Source of the DNA: Candidatus Methanophagaceae archaeon
GTDB lineage: Archaea > Halobacteriota > Syntropharchaeia > Alkanophagales > Methanospirareceae
Assembly: GCA_003194425.1 (NCBI GenBank)
Contig: PQXB01000001.1
Location: 36,843 to 68,842 of the forward strand
Reading direction: 5' to 3'
Length of the DNA: 32,000 bases
Part shown: positions 1-9,025 of the stretch, piece by piece
Position numbering within the stretch: position 1 is the first letter of the stretch
Layout: each line of letters starts with the position of its first letter
The notes under the pieces: model-generated
Databases searched by the model: none
The model's input: only the letters and a program-made list of their open reading frames with translations
What the model was told of the DNA's origin: nothing
Position numbers and translations under genes: made by a program

Positions 1-3000
1 CCTCGTTCTCCTTCTCGCTCTCCTCTCTCTGTTTCTCCTCCAGCCGCTTCTCAACCTCAGCAACATTCAACCGCGTCGAAATTATCGCGTCCGGGTTCAG
101 CGAAATCGAGTCAATCCCGCACTCGACGAGGAACGCGGCGAACTCTGGGAAATCGCTCGGCGCCTGCCCGCAAATCCCAACCTTCCGCCTCGGCTCGTGC
201 TCGTGCGCTACTTTTATGACCTGCTTCACCAACCTTTTCACTGCCTCGTTCCGCTCGTCAAACAAGCCCGCAACCAAGTCCGAATCGCGATCCAAGCCCA
301 GCGTCAGTTGCGTCAGGTCGTTCGAGCCGATGCTGAACCCGTCAAAGACCTCCGCAAACTCGTCCGCCAAGATCACATTCGACGGAATCTCGCACATCAC
401 ATAAACCTCCAACCCGTTCTCGCCCTGCCGCAGTCCGAACTCTGCCATCGTTTTTATCACTTTCCTGCCCTCCTCGGGCGTCCTGCAGAACGGAATCATA
501 ACTTTGACATTCGTCAGACCCATTTCTTCACGCACTTTTTTTATCGCACGGCACTCCAGCCCGAACGCGGGCTTGAACTTCTCGTCGTAGTAGCGAGACG
601 CACCACGCCACCCCAGCATTGGGTTGTTCTCCGCGGGCTCGTAGAGGTAGCCGCCGAGCAAATTCGCGTACTCGTTCGTCTTGAAGTCAGAGAGCCGAAC
701 AATCACCTCGTTGGGATAAAATCCTGCTGCGATCTTCGCAATTCCCCGCGCCAAGTTGTCCACGAAAAACTGCACCTTGTCCTCGTAGGACGCACTCCGC
801 TTCTCTATTTCTTTGACCACTCTCGCCAGCTTCTTGTCTCCTCCTGCTCCTCCTGCTCCTCCTGCTCCTGTTTCCGCCCGCCGCTTCAAGTCCTCGTACT
901 CAAGCAGGGCGAGGGGGTGAATGCCGATGTAGGAATTAATGATGAACTCCTCGCGAGCCAAGCCGACGCCGTCGTTTGGGATTTGCCCCTGAATAAAAGC
1001 GTTCTCCGGCACCGCCGCGTTCATCATTATTCGTGTCCCCGGTCTCGGAAGATTGTCCAACACCAGCTTCTCTACGCGGTATTTCAGTCTCCCCTCGTAG
1101 ATTCGCCCCGTCCCTTCCGAGCAGTCCACCGTAACATCTTTTACACCCTTCAACACCCTCGTCCCTCGGACTGTCCCGATAACGCAGGGAATGCCGAGTT
1201 CGCGTGAAATTATCGCAGCGTGGCAGGTCCGCCCTCCCCGGTTCGTAACAATCGCACCCGCGACTTTCATTATCGGCTCCCAGTCAGGGTCGGTCATATC
1301 CGTAACCAACACCTGCCCAGGCTTGAAGTTGAGAATGTCTCGGGCGTTCTCGATCACATTTACTTCGCCGTACCCGATTTTGTGCCCTACAGCCTCGCCC
1401 TCGACCAACAGCCTACCCGCCTCTTTGAGCTTTTCCACCTCCTCTTCCAGCACGTAAGTCTCGAGCGAGGAGAGGTCTTTCTGCGAGTGCACGGTCTCAG
1501 GTCGCGCCTGAACAACGAAGAGTTCGCCTGTCGTCCCGTCTTTCGCCCACTCGATGTCCATCGGCGTCCCGTAGTGCTCCTCAATAATGCACGCCCACCG
1601 CGCGAGCCTCAGCACCTCGTCGTCGGTCAGCACGAATTTTTTCCGGTCTTCTTCCCCTACCTTCTCCTGCCTCGTCCCTGTCCCTGTCTTTCTCGCCCCT
1701 GCCCCCGTTCCTGTCTTTCCTGCCTCTGCCCCCGTTCCTGTCTTTCCTGCCCCTGCCTCTTTGTAGACCATTTTCTTCCGCTTCGAACCCAGTTTCTTCT
1801 CAACAATCGGGCGGAAGCCCTGCCTCAAAGTCGGCTTAAAAACATAAAACTGGTCGGGATTTACCGCTCCCTGCACCACGTTCTCGCCGAGCCCGTAAGC
1901 GCCGGTGATGTAAACAGCGTCGCTGAAGCCCGACTCGGTGTCAATCGAGAACATCACGCCCGAGCACGCCAAGTCCGAGCGAGCCATTTTCTGCACGCCG
2001 ACTGAGAGGAAGACGCTGAGGTGGTCGAAGCCCTTGTCCACGCGGTAGGAAATCGCTCGGTTCGTGAAAAGAGAAGCGAAGCACTCCATCACTTTCTCCA
2101 CCAACTCGTCCTCACCCCGCACGTTCAGGTAAGTCTCCTGCTGCCCTGCGAAACTCGCTGTGTTGTGCGTTATTATCCCCCCCATTCCAGCAGCGAAATT
2201 CTCTACCCCCGGAACAACAAAATCGTAGACGTAACCCGAATATTCAATCGGTTCTATTTCTTTTATGCCGTCCCACATTACAGCCCCTTTCAAACCCTCA
2301 AGAACCTCCTCCGCTCCGTAATTCTCTGCTACTCTTCTCAAAAGTCTCGCCCCAATTCTTCTTGAAATCCCCCCTTTATTCCACGGCGTCGCCCCTTTCT
2401 CAAATCGCCGCTCCTTTTCAACCTCGTCTTCGTAAAACGCCTTACCGCATTTCTTGCAATAAAATCTCGTTTTACCTTTGTAACGACTCGTTCTTCCAAC
2501 CACCGAACTGCACAGCGGACAGCGGCTCTCTTCCACCTCTTCCCTGGGCAACCTCTCCTCAACCGCGTCTCTGAACAAATCGGGATTTATTTCAAAGACC
2601 TCAATGAAATCAAAATGCTTCTCTTTCCCTTTGTAGTCTTCAGCCAGCGCATTCAACCTCTCGGCTTTTTTGACGCACTCGAAACCTACCAGGCGACTGA
2701 ACCGCTCTGCCTCCTTGTAGGGAATTGAAATTCTGGTTAATTTCCTCCGCAAGTAAAACTTCACGCCAAGCCGCTCTAAAAGCACTGCGACTCCTCCAAT
2801 CAGGTCTTTAGAAAGGGAAGAGTAATTTATGGCGTTCTTTCCTACATCGCCGTCGCTGTCAAAACAGCCGCGCAAGAACGCACCCACCAACTCCCTCTCC
2901 AGCCCAAAGACAAAATCAGGCACCCTCTTCGTTCTGCAGTGCCGCCCTTTTCCCTGCTGATTTAGAGGCGCCCCTGCCACTCGGTGTAAGAACGAGACAA

Positions 3001-4168
3001 GCGAGGGGCAGTACACACGAACGCTTCCCTTGTTTATTTTCCTGCCCTCGTGCCACAAGCCCAAACCTTCAAGAAAGTCAGTCACTCGCTTTCGGATCTC
3101 AGGCGACGAGATTGTAATGCTGACCTCGTTCTGTTTGTAGGTGCTGCCTTCTGCGGCGTAGATTCCCAAGAAATAGAGAAACTCTTCGGTTAGGGGTAAA
3201 TTGCGAGGCAACCCGTTCTGAATCTTCCAATTCCCGCTTCTTTTTAGCTTTACCTTCCCTGCCTCGTCTGTTACCGCTTCGTCGCTCTTCTCGCCACTCT
3301 TCAAATATTCCAAAACATCCAAATGCCGTCTCGCAGTCCTTGAAGCCCCTCTCCCAGTCTTAGGGTTAGGGTCAGGGTTAGGGTCAGGGTCAGGGACAGG
3401 GTCAGGGTCAGGGAGCCGCCTTACAACAGGAATTTTGTCCTCGGGCTCTAAGTCTTGAATGGATTTTGTCCTGACTTTAAAGTCGCGGTCCAAGACGATT
3501 AGAGAATGGTCAGGGCTTACTTTTATCTCGCGTCCTGTTTTGGTGGTTATTTTGAAAAGAGTTGCCGCGTTTGCGGGATGCCTGTAAATCTCGTCCACCC
3601 TCTTCCACTTCACCTCTTTCCCTTTCTCCATCGCAGGGACTTCCATTCTGACGCCGGCGCCATTTCCGTTGTTTTTCGCTGCTTCTCTGTTGTACTCTTC
3701 GTACAGCCCTTCGACTTCCTGATAAACCGTCTTCCCTCCAAACTTGACCAACACCGGTTCGTCAGCAGCGATGCTCGGCAGATCCTCCGCGGTCGCACTG
3801 CTCCTAACAGCAACGTCAACGCCCTCGCCGTACCGCTTTTCCATTTCTCTGTAAGCGGCTCGAATCTCCTGCTCCAGCTCCGCGGGGCAGCCTGCGTTTT
3901 TTATCAGCGCCCGTATTTTGCTACCCCGCTCAGCCAAGTTCTTCATATCGTGCGTGTCTAAATCCGCAAGCGTGTCCCTGATTTTCCCCTGAATGCCCCC
4001 TACTTCGAGCACGTACTTGTAAGCCTCGGCAGTCACCGCAAAGCCCGAAGGAACATTCACGCCCTCCTCGGTCAGGTTTCTAATCATCTCGCCAAGAGAC
4101 GCGTTCTTACCGCCGACCAAGCCGACGTCGCCAGTTCCCACCTCTTCAAACCATTTTATGAATTTCAT
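1..4168 (-). CDS. ppsA: Phosphoenolpyruvate synthase (pyruvate, water dikinase), intein-containing; 3' end runs off the left window edge
   Basis: Not in the supplied ORF track because no stop lies inside the window. My reverse-strand translation from ATG at 4168 stays open to position 2. N-term MKFIKWFEEVGTGDVGLVGGKNASLGEM. Block VAVRSSATAEDLP / TASFAGQQETYLNV is interrupted by an intein. Phospho-His motif TNRGGRTCHAAIISRELGIPCVIG. C-terminal block GICGQAPSD...GIDSISLNPDA. Confidence 0.93.
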   Translation of the reverse strand, partial: MKFIKWFEEVGTGDVGLVGGKNASLGEMIRNLTEEGVNVPSGFAVTAEAYKYVLEVGGIQGKIRDTLADLDTHDMKNLAERGSKIRALIKNAGCPAELEQEIRAAYREMEKRYGEGVDVAVRSSATAEDLPSIAADEPVLVKFGGKTVYQEVEGLYEEYNREAAKNNGNGAGVRMEVPAMEKGKEVKWKRVDEIYRHPANAATLFKITTKTGREIKVSPDHSLIVLDRDFKVRTKSIQDLEPEDKIPVVRRLPDPDPVPDPDPNPDPNPKTGRGASRTARRHLDVLEYLKSGEKSDEAVTDEAGKVKLKRSGNWKIQNGLPRNLPLTEEFLYFLGIYAAEGSTYKQNEVSITISSPEIRKRVTDFLEGLGLWHEGRKINKGSVRVYCPSLVSFLHRVAGAPLNQQGKGRHCRTKRVPDFVFGLERELVGAFLRGCFDSDGDVGKNAINYSSLSKDLIGGVAVLLERLGVKFYLRRKLTRISIPYKEAERFSRLVGFECVKKAERLNALAEDYKGKEKHFDFIEVFEINPDLFRDAVEERLPREEVEESRCPLCSSVVGRTSRYKGKTRFYCKKCGKAFYEDEVEKERRFEKGATPWNKGGISRRIGARLLRRVAENYGAEEVLEGLKGAVMWDGIKEIEPIEYSGYVYDFVVPGVENFAAGMGGIITHNTASFAGQQETYLNVRGEDELVEKVMECFASLFTNRAISYRVDKGFDHLSVFLSVGVQKMARSDLACSGVMFSIDTESGFSDAVYITGAYGLGENVVQGAVNPDQFYVFKPTLRQGFRPIVEKKLGSKRKKMVYKEAGAGKTGTGAEAGKTGTGAGARKTGTGTRQEKVGEEDRKKFVLTDDEVLRLARWACIIEEHYGTPMDIEWAKDGTTGELFVVQARPETVHSQKDLSSLETYVLEEEVEKLKEAGRLLVEGEAVGHKIGYGEVNVIENARDILNFKPGQVLVTDMTDPDWEPIMKVAGAIVTNRGGRTCHAAIISRELGIPCVIGTVRGTRVLKGVKDVTVDCSEGTGRIYEGRLKYRVEKLVLDNLPRPGTRIMMNAAVPENAFIQGQIPNDGVGLAREEFIINSYIGIHPLALLEYEDLKRRAETGAGGAGGAGGDKKLARVVKEIEKRSASYEDKVQFFVDNLARGIAKIAAGFYPNEVIVRLSDFKTNEYANLLGGYLYEPAENNPMLGWRGASRYYDEKFKPAFGLECRAIKKVREEMGLTNVKVMIPFCRTPEEGRKVIKTMAEFGLRQGENGLEVYVMCEIPSNVILADEFAEVFDGFSIGSNDLTQLTLGLDRDSDLVAGLFDERNEAVKRLVKQVIKVAHEHEPRRKVGICGQAPSDFPEFAAFLVECGIDSISLNPDAIISTRLNVAEVEKRLEEKQREESEKENE
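836..871 (-). repeat. 9-bp tandem repeat in ppsA encoding (GAG)n
   Basis: Plus strand reads ctcctgctc x3-4. Sense strand encodes ETGAGGAGGAGGD between the conserved blocks EYEDLKRRA and KKLARVVKEIE. Confidence 0.8.
1672..1760 (-). repeat. 27-bp tandem repeat in ppsA encoding GAGKTGTGAEAGKTGTGAGARKTGTGT
   Basis: Two near-identical 27-bp units at 1701-1727 and 1728-1754, plus a degenerate flank. Inserted between KKMVYKE and EDRKKFVLTDDEV. Confidence 0.85.
2162..3775 (-). mobile_element. PpsA intein, 538 aa, with LAGLIDADG homing-endonuclease domain and an embedded CxxC...CxxC zinc ribbon
   Basis: It splits the conserved AEDLP|TASFAGQQ block. N-terminal block SIAADEPVLV (Ser1), block B SPDH, C-terminal YVYDFVVPGVENFAAGMGGIITHN followed by Thr+1. 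LAGLIDADG-like motifs LYFLGIYAAEGS and GAFLRGCFDSDGDV. Zinc ribbon CPLCSS...CKKCG at 2444-2521. Length is 1614 nt, in frame. Confidence 0.85.
3363..3413 (-). repeat. 6/12-bp repeat inside the PpsA intein encoding PDPDPVPDPDPNPDPNP; (GGGNNN)x9 on the plus strand
   Basis: Nine GGG tracts spaced by exactly 3 nt: gggttagggtcagggttagggtcagggtcagggacagggtcagggtcaggg. Confidence 0.9.
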
Positions 4169-4210
4169 AATTCGACTCCTTCGCCTACGAGTTGTAATTT
4201 TATCCTCCAA

Positions 4211-4250
4211 CTCTAATCTTTTAAAAGACTTAATAAACTTTATAAAAAAG
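4211..4250. promoter_or_regulatory. Divergent promoter region between ppsA and cinA with TATA-like boxes
   Basis: cttttaaaag at 4218-4227 and tttataaaaaa at 4239-4249, in an AT-rich island between divergent genes. A direct repeat ggggcaaaatagag lies at 4281-4294 and 4313-4326 in the cinA leader. Confidence 0.4.
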
Positions 4251-4339
4251 TGAAGACGCATAAAAGTGAAACACGAGAGAGGGGCAAAATAGAGGAGGAG
4301 CATAGTAGAGGAGGGGCAAAATAGAGAAATAAGAGACGA

Positions 4340-4867
4340 ATGATTGAAGAAGAAATCGGGAACGAGCTACGAAGAGCGGGCGGCGGCGCAACCCTTGCCA
4401 CCGCGGAGTCCTGCACCGGCGGGCTGGTCTCGCACAGACTAACGAACGCCCCTGGCTGCTCGGACTACTACAAAGGCGGTGTCGTCGCTTACGCCAACGA
4501 GGCGAAGGAGAAGGTTTTGGGTGTCGCGGGGGAGACGCTGCGGGAGAAGGGGGCGGTGAGCGCGGAGTGCGCGGTTGAAATGGCGCGGGGCGTGCGCGGG
4601 CTGTTTGAGAGCGACTTCGGCGTTGCAACCACCGGAATCGCAGGTCCCAGCGGGGGAACGCCCGAGAAACCTGTAGGTTTAGTTTTTATAGCAGTGGCGA
4701 CAAGAGACTTCGCAGACTATGAAAAACACTTCTTCCACGGGGACAGGGAAACGAACAAGCGCGAGGCGGCGGAGGCTGCGCTTGGAATGCTGAAGAAAAA
4801 AATCTTGAAAATAAAAACAGGAACAAAAGGGCTCGTAGCTCAGAAAGGTAGAGCAGCGGGCTTTTAA
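4340..4867 (+). CDS. cinA: CinA C-terminal domain / nicotinamide-nucleotide amidohydrolase (PncC)-like protein
   Basis: LATAESCTGGLVSHRLTNAPGCSDYYKGGVVAYANEAKEKVLGV and GVATTGIAGPSGGTPEKPVGLVFIA are typical CinA_C blocks. The reading frame has no stop until inside the tRNA gene. Confidence 0.8.
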   Translation: MIEEEIGNELRRAGGGATLATAESCTGGLVSHRLTNAPGCSDYYKGGVVAYANEAKEKVLGVAGETLREKGAVSAECAVEMARGVRGLFESDFGVATTGIAGPSGGTPEKPVGLVFIAVATRDFADYEKHFFHGDRETNKREAAEAALGMLKKKILKIKTGTKGLVAQKGRAAGF

Positions 4868-4902
4868 CCCGTCGGTCGCGGGTTCAAATCCCGTCGAGCC
4901 CG
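4829..4902 (+). tRNA. tRNA-Lys (anticodon UUU)
   Basis: Hand-folded cloverleaf of 74 nt. Acceptor GGGCTCG/CGAGCCC, D stem GCTC/GAGC, anticodon stem GCGGG/CCCGT with loop CTTTTAA, 5-nt variable loop, T stem GCGGG/CCCGT with loop TTCAAAT, discriminator G. No encoded CCA. Confidence 0.9.
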
Positions 4903-4912
4903 TTCCTTTCCA

Positions 4913-5242
4913 ATGAAAAAAATGAAAAAAACGAAGGTAGCCGAGTCAAAAATACTTGAGCACGCGTTAGTGCCAAAGCACGAAATAATGAGCGAGGCAG
5001 AGGTAAAAGAACTTTTAGACAGCTACAAAATAAGGAAAGCGCAGTTGCCCAAGATTAAATCTTCTGACCCAGTCTGCAAGGAGATAAAAATAAAAATTGT
5101 GGGCAAGAAAGGGGGCAAAAACAAGACCGCAGAGCAGACAAAGGAGAAGGAAAGAACGGCAGAGGTCGGCGATATCGTGAAAATAACGCGGCAGAGCAGA
5201 ACCGCGGGAAAAGTCTTTTCTTACCGTCTCGTCGTGGAGTAA
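4913..5242 (+). CDS. rpoH: DNA-directed RNA polymerase subunit H (Rpo5) with a lysine-rich insertion
   Basis: HALVPKHEIMSEAEVKELLDSYKIRKAQLPKIKSSDPV and GDIVKITRQSRTAGKVFSYRLVV are canonical RpoH blocks. About 22 extra residues (KIKIVGKKGGKNKTAEQTKEKERTAEV) lie between them. Position upstream of rpoB is as expected. Confidence 0.9.
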   Translation: MKKMKKTKVAESKILEHALVPKHEIMSEAEVKELLDSYKIRKAQLPKIKSSDPVCKEIKIKIVGKKGGKNKTAEQTKEKERTAEVGDIVKITRQSRTAGKVFSYRLVVE

Positions 5243-5243
5243 G

Positions 5244-5300
5244 GCAGGGTGGAGAGAAGGTGGAAAGCAGGGTGGAGAGAAGGTGGAAAGCAGGGTGGAG
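5244..5300 (+). repeat. 23-bp purine-rich tandem repeat (2.5 copies) in the rpoH-rpoB spacer
   Basis: gcagggtggagagaaggtggaaa at 5244-5266 and 5267-5289, with a partial third copy from 5290. It starts 2 nt after the rpoH stop. Confidence 0.9.
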
Positions 5301-5383
5301 AAAAAAAGTAAGGTGGAACAGGTGGGTAGAGCAGGAGCAGCAGAGCAAGTAGGTAGAGTAAAAGTAAAAGGGGAGAGAGCAGA

Positions 5384-8300
5384 GTGTTAGACCGGAATGT
5401 TGTTGCGAAATCATATTTCACGAGGGAAAAAATAGCGCAGCACCAGCTCGACTCGTTCAACTACTTCCTCGAGAAGGGAATGCAGAAAGTCGTGGACGAG
5501 CAGTCCTACTCCTGGACTTCAATCAGCGGCGAGGACGAAGTGGAGGACGAGTGGAAGGGCGAGAAGACGGACGAGAGAGAGGAGAAAAAAACAGGCGAGG
5601 GAAAGGGTGAGAGCGAGGTAGAAGTAGAAGAGGAGGGGAGCAAGAGAAAGTATAAAATTGGCGTTAAGTTCGGTGAAATAACTGTAGGCAGACCGAAGGC
5701 ACGGGAAGCAGACGGGTCTTACGAACCAATTTTCCCGTCGCAGGCGAGGTTGCGGAACTTGAACTACGCTGCACCGCTTCGTTTGGAAATGCAGTTAGTG
5801 AAAAAATACGAGGACGGCGACGCGGAAACAGGCGAAGCAGAAATTGTAGAGGTGGGCGAGAAGAAAGCAGTTGAAATCGGCGAGCTCCCGATAATGCTGC
5901 GGTCAAAGAACTGCAACCTTTACGGGCTTTCGGACGAGGAACTGGCGCTGGCGGGCGAAGACCCGTTTGACCCCGGCGGGTATTTTATCGTGAACGGGGC
6001 GGAGCACGTGATAATCACGCTTGAAGACCTCGCACCGAATCGGATTTTCGTGAGTTACGAGGAGCGGTACGGCGGTAAATCCCCAGTCGCAAAGGTCTTC
6101 TCAACTAAACACGGCTTCCGCGTCCCGATAAAAGTGGGAATAAGCAAGAAAGGGATTCTCGAGGTCTCGTTCCCCGCGGTCGCCAAGAAGATTGAGTTTG
6201 TAACGCTTCTGCGGGCGCTGGGGCTTGAGAGCGAGGAGGAGATTCTGCGGGCGGTCTCGGACGACCCGCAAATTGAGCGCTACATTCGCGAGAACATTGA
6301 AGAGAGCGATGTGAGCACGCAAGAGGAGGCGTTGAACAAGTTGGGTCGCAGAATTGTGCCCGCGCAGGCGAAGGAGTACAGGGAGAAACGCGTTAATTAT
6401 ATTTTTGACCGCTACTTCCTACCGCACCTCGACGACCACTTGGCGAAGGCGCATTTCATCGGCAGAATGGCGGAGGCGTGCTACGAACTTTATTTGGGCA
6501 GGCGGGGCGAGGACGACAAGGACCACTACGCGAACAAGCGGCTGAAACTCGCGGGCGACCTGATGGAAGACCTTTTCCGCGTCTCGTTCTCGAAATTGAC
6601 GCGGGATATGCGGTACCAGTTGGAGCGTGCAGAAATGCGGAAACGGGAACTGAAAGTCGCAACCGCGATTCGGTCCGATGTCCTGACCGAGCGGATTTTG
6701 CACGCGCTGGCGACTGGGAACTGGGTCGGCGGCAGAGCGGGCGTCTCGCAACTGCTGGAGCGGACGAATTATTTGGCGACTGCGAGCCACCTGCGGCGGA
6801 TAATTTCTCCGCTCTCGAGGTCGCAGCCGCATTTTGAGGCGCGGGACTTGCACCCGACGCAGTGGGGCAAGATTTGCCCGACCGAGACGCCAGAGGGTCC
6901 GAACTGCGGGTTGGTGAAGAATTTTTCGCAGCTGGTTGAAATCTCGGTTGGTGCGGAGGGTGCGGAGGGTGCGGAGGGTGCGGAGGGTGCGGAGGGTGCG
7001 GAGGGTGCGGAGGAAGAGCACGAGCGGCTTAAAATTGCTTTCTACGAACTCGGCGTTGTCCCTCCTGCAGCGAAAATAAAAGCGAAGGGAAGAACTCGTG
7101 TTAGGACTCGCGTCTTCCTGAACGGCGATTTTATCGGCTTTGTCGGCTCTTCTACCGAGCCAGAGCGGTTTGTAGCGGAGGTGAGGCGGAAGAGGAGAAG
7201 GGGCGAAATCTCGGGGCAGGTGAACCTCGCCTACTACCGGGACAGGCGGGACATTTTAATAAACTCGGACAGGGGCAGGGCGAGGAGACCGGTAATTGTC
7301 GTTGAGGACGGAAAACCGCTGGTTACGGAATCGCAGGTTGAACAGCTGAGAAACGGCGAGATTGTGTTTGAGGATTTGGTGAAGTCGGGGGTGGTAGAAT
7401 ATTTGGACGCTGAAGAGGAGGAGAACGCACTGGTAGCGTTGGAGGAGGCGGACCTGACGAGGGCGGGAAAGAAGGCGGGAGAGGAAGGCGACGCAGAAGG
7501 GGGTGCAGTAGCGAGGGGCGAGTACACGCATCTTGAAATCGACCCGTCGTTGATTTTGGGCATTGTTGCAGGCGTAATTCCTTACCCCGACCACAACTCC
7601 TCGCCGCGGAACACGATGGGCTGTGCGATGCTGAAACAGTCGTTGGGGCTTCCTGCTGCGAACTACAAGACCCGCACCGACACCCGAGTGCATCTTTTGC
7701 AGTCCCCGCAGAAGCCGTTGGTGAAGACGCGGACTGCGGACTTAATTTTGCACGACAAGCGACCGGCGGGGCAGAATTTCGTGGTCGCAGTCTTGAGCTA
7801 CGAGGGTTACAATATGGAGGACGCCCTGATTTTAAATCGCGCGGCTGTAGACCGCGGGCTGGGGCGGAGTTATTTTTTCAGAACCTACGAAGGAGAGGAG
7901 CGGCGGTACCCGGGCGGCGAGGAGGACAGGTTTGAGGTGCCGGACGCGGAGACGGTCGGCGTTCGAGGTCAGGAGGCGTACAGCCAGCTCGACGAGGACG
8001 GGATAATAAATTCTGAGGTTGCAGTGGCGCCGAACGATGTGCTGATCGGGAAGACGAGCCCGCCGCGGTTCTTGGAGGAGACGACCGAGCTCTTGAGCCC
8101 TTTGGAGCGGCGGGACAGCTCGGTCTGCACGCGGTCTAACGAGCAGGGGACTGTAACTTCGGTCGTGCTGATGGAATCGAGCAGCAACCGGCGTTTGGCG
8201 AAAATCGCTGTCCGCGACCACAAAATCCCCGAAATCGGGGACAAGTTCGCGTCAAGGCACGGTCAGAAAGGCGTGATTGGGTTGATCGTGCCGCCTGAAG

Positions 8301-8986
8301 ACCTGCCTTTCACCGCGGACGGAATTATTCCTGATATGATTATAAACCCGCACGCGATTCCTTCGCGAATGACCGTCGGGCACGTTTTAGAAATGATCGG
8401 CGGGAAAGTAGGAGCGTTGGAAGGGCGGCAAATTGACGGAACTGCTTTTTACGGCGAGCCTGAAGAGGAGTTGAGAGCTGCACTCGTGCGTTCGGGTTTC
8501 TCGCACACCGGCGCGGAAGTGATGTTTGACGGGCGGACGGGCGAGAAAATCGGGGCGGAGCGTGGGGCGGAGATCTTTGTCGGCGTTGTGTACTACCAGA
8601 AGTTGTACCACTTGGTCTCGGCTAAAATGCACGCCCGCGCGCGGGGTCCGGTGCAGATTTTAACGAGGCAGCCGACTGAGGGAAAGGCGAGAGAGGGCGG
8701 GCTTCGGTTCGGCGAAATGGAGCGGGATGTTCTCATCGGCTACGGCGCCGCGATTTCGCTGAAGGACAGGCTCTTGGACGAGTCGGACCGCGTGGTTGAG
8801 CTGGTCTGCGGGAACTGCGGAATGGTCGCGAGTCAAGATGTGAAGACAGGGACGGTGTACTGCCCGAACTGCGGTGCAGACACGGACATTTACCCGGTGG
8901 AGATGAGTTACGCGTTCAAGCTGCTGCTGGACGAGATGAAAGTGCTCTGCATTGCTCCGCGGCTGGAATTGGAGGAGGCGGTTTGA
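5384..8986 (+). CDS. rpoB: DNA-directed RNA polymerase subunit B (Rpo2), unsplit, 1200 aa, GTG start
   Basis: [137 protein letters not shown], and a C-terminal Zn motif CGNCG...CPNCG. Confidence 0.97.
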   Translation: MLDRNVVAKSYFTREKIAQHQLDSFNYFLEKGMQKVVDEQSYSWTSISGEDEVEDEWKGEKTDEREEKKTGEGKGESEVEVEEEGSKRKYKIGVKFGEITVGRPKAREADGSYEPIFPSQARLRNLNYAAPLRLEMQLVKKYEDGDAETGEAEIVEVGEKKAVEIGELPIMLRSKNCNLYGLSDEELALAGEDPFDPGGYFIVNGAEHVIITLEDLAPNRIFVSYEERYGGKSPVAKVFSTKHGFRVPIKVGISKKGILEVSFPAVAKKIEFVTLLRALGLESEEEILRAVSDDPQIERYIRENIEESDVSTQEEALNKLGRRIVPAQAKEYREKRVNYIFDRYFLPHLDDHLAKAHFIGRMAEACYELYLGRRGEDDKDHYANKRLKLAGDLMEDLFRVSFSKLTRDMRYQLERAEMRKRELKVATAIRSDVLTERILHALATGNWVGGRAGVSQLLERTNYLATASHLRRIISPLSRSQPHFEARDLHPTQWGKICPTETPEGPNCGLVKNFSQLVEISVGAEGAEGAEGAEGAEGAEGAEEEHERLKIAFYELGVVPPAAKIKAKGRTRVRTRVFLNGDFIGFVGSSTEPERFVAEVRRKRRRGEISGQVNLAYYRDRRDILINSDRGRARRPVIVVEDGKPLVTESQVEQLRNGEIVFEDLVKSGVVEYLDAEEEENALVALEEADLTRAGKKAGEEGDAEGGAVARGEYTHLEIDPSLILGIVAGVIPYPDHNSSPRNTMGCAMLKQSLGLPAANYKTRTDTRVHLLQSPQKPLVKTRTADLILHDKRPAGQNFVVAVLSYEGYNMEDALILNRAAVDRGLGRSYFFRTYEGEERRYPGGEEDRFEVPDAETVGVRGQEAYSQLDEDGIINSEVAVAPNDVLIGKTSPPRFLEETTELLSPLERRDSSVCTRSNEQGTVTSVVLMESSSNRRLAKIAVRDHKIPEIGDKFASRHGQKGVIGLIVPPEDLPFTADGIIPDMIINPHAIPSRMTVGHVLEMIGGKVGALEGRQIDGTAFYGEPEEELRAALVRSGFSHTGAEVMFDGRTGEKIGAERGAEIFVGVVYYQKLYHLVSAKMHARARGPVQILTRQPTEGKAREGGLRFGEMERDVLIGYGAAISLKDRLLDESDRVVELVCGNCGMVASQDVKTGTVYCPNCGADTDIYPVEMSYAFKLLLDEMKVLCIAPRLELEEAV
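6950..7012 (+). repeat. 9-bp perfect tandem repeat ggtgcggag x7 encoding (GAE)n in rpoB
   Basis: Counted directly from the sequence. It is in frame and lies 13 residues after the [11 protein letters not shown] block. Confidence 0.95.
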
Positions 8987-9025
8987 AGTTAAGTTGGGTT
9001 GAGGAGAGGAGGTTGTTGAGTTGAA

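Noticed and set aside
3363-3413. GGGTTAGGG units resembling vertebrate telomere repeats.
   Set aside because: Only two TTAGGG units occur among GGGTCA and GGGACA variants. The stretch is in frame inside an intein and is explained as Pro-Asn/Asp-Pro codons.
6419-7021. Long antisense ORFs opposite real genes. Examples: 6419-7021(-), 12197-12772(-), 13422-13985(-), 14013-14420(-), 197-1207(+), 1220-2005(+), 23826-24245(+), 25738-26274(+).
   Set aside because: Each lies opposite a gene with strong conserved motifs. Their translations are low-complexity (LRT, SP and PS runs). Purine-rich sense strands deplete stop codons on the antisense strand, so long spurious ORFs are expected.
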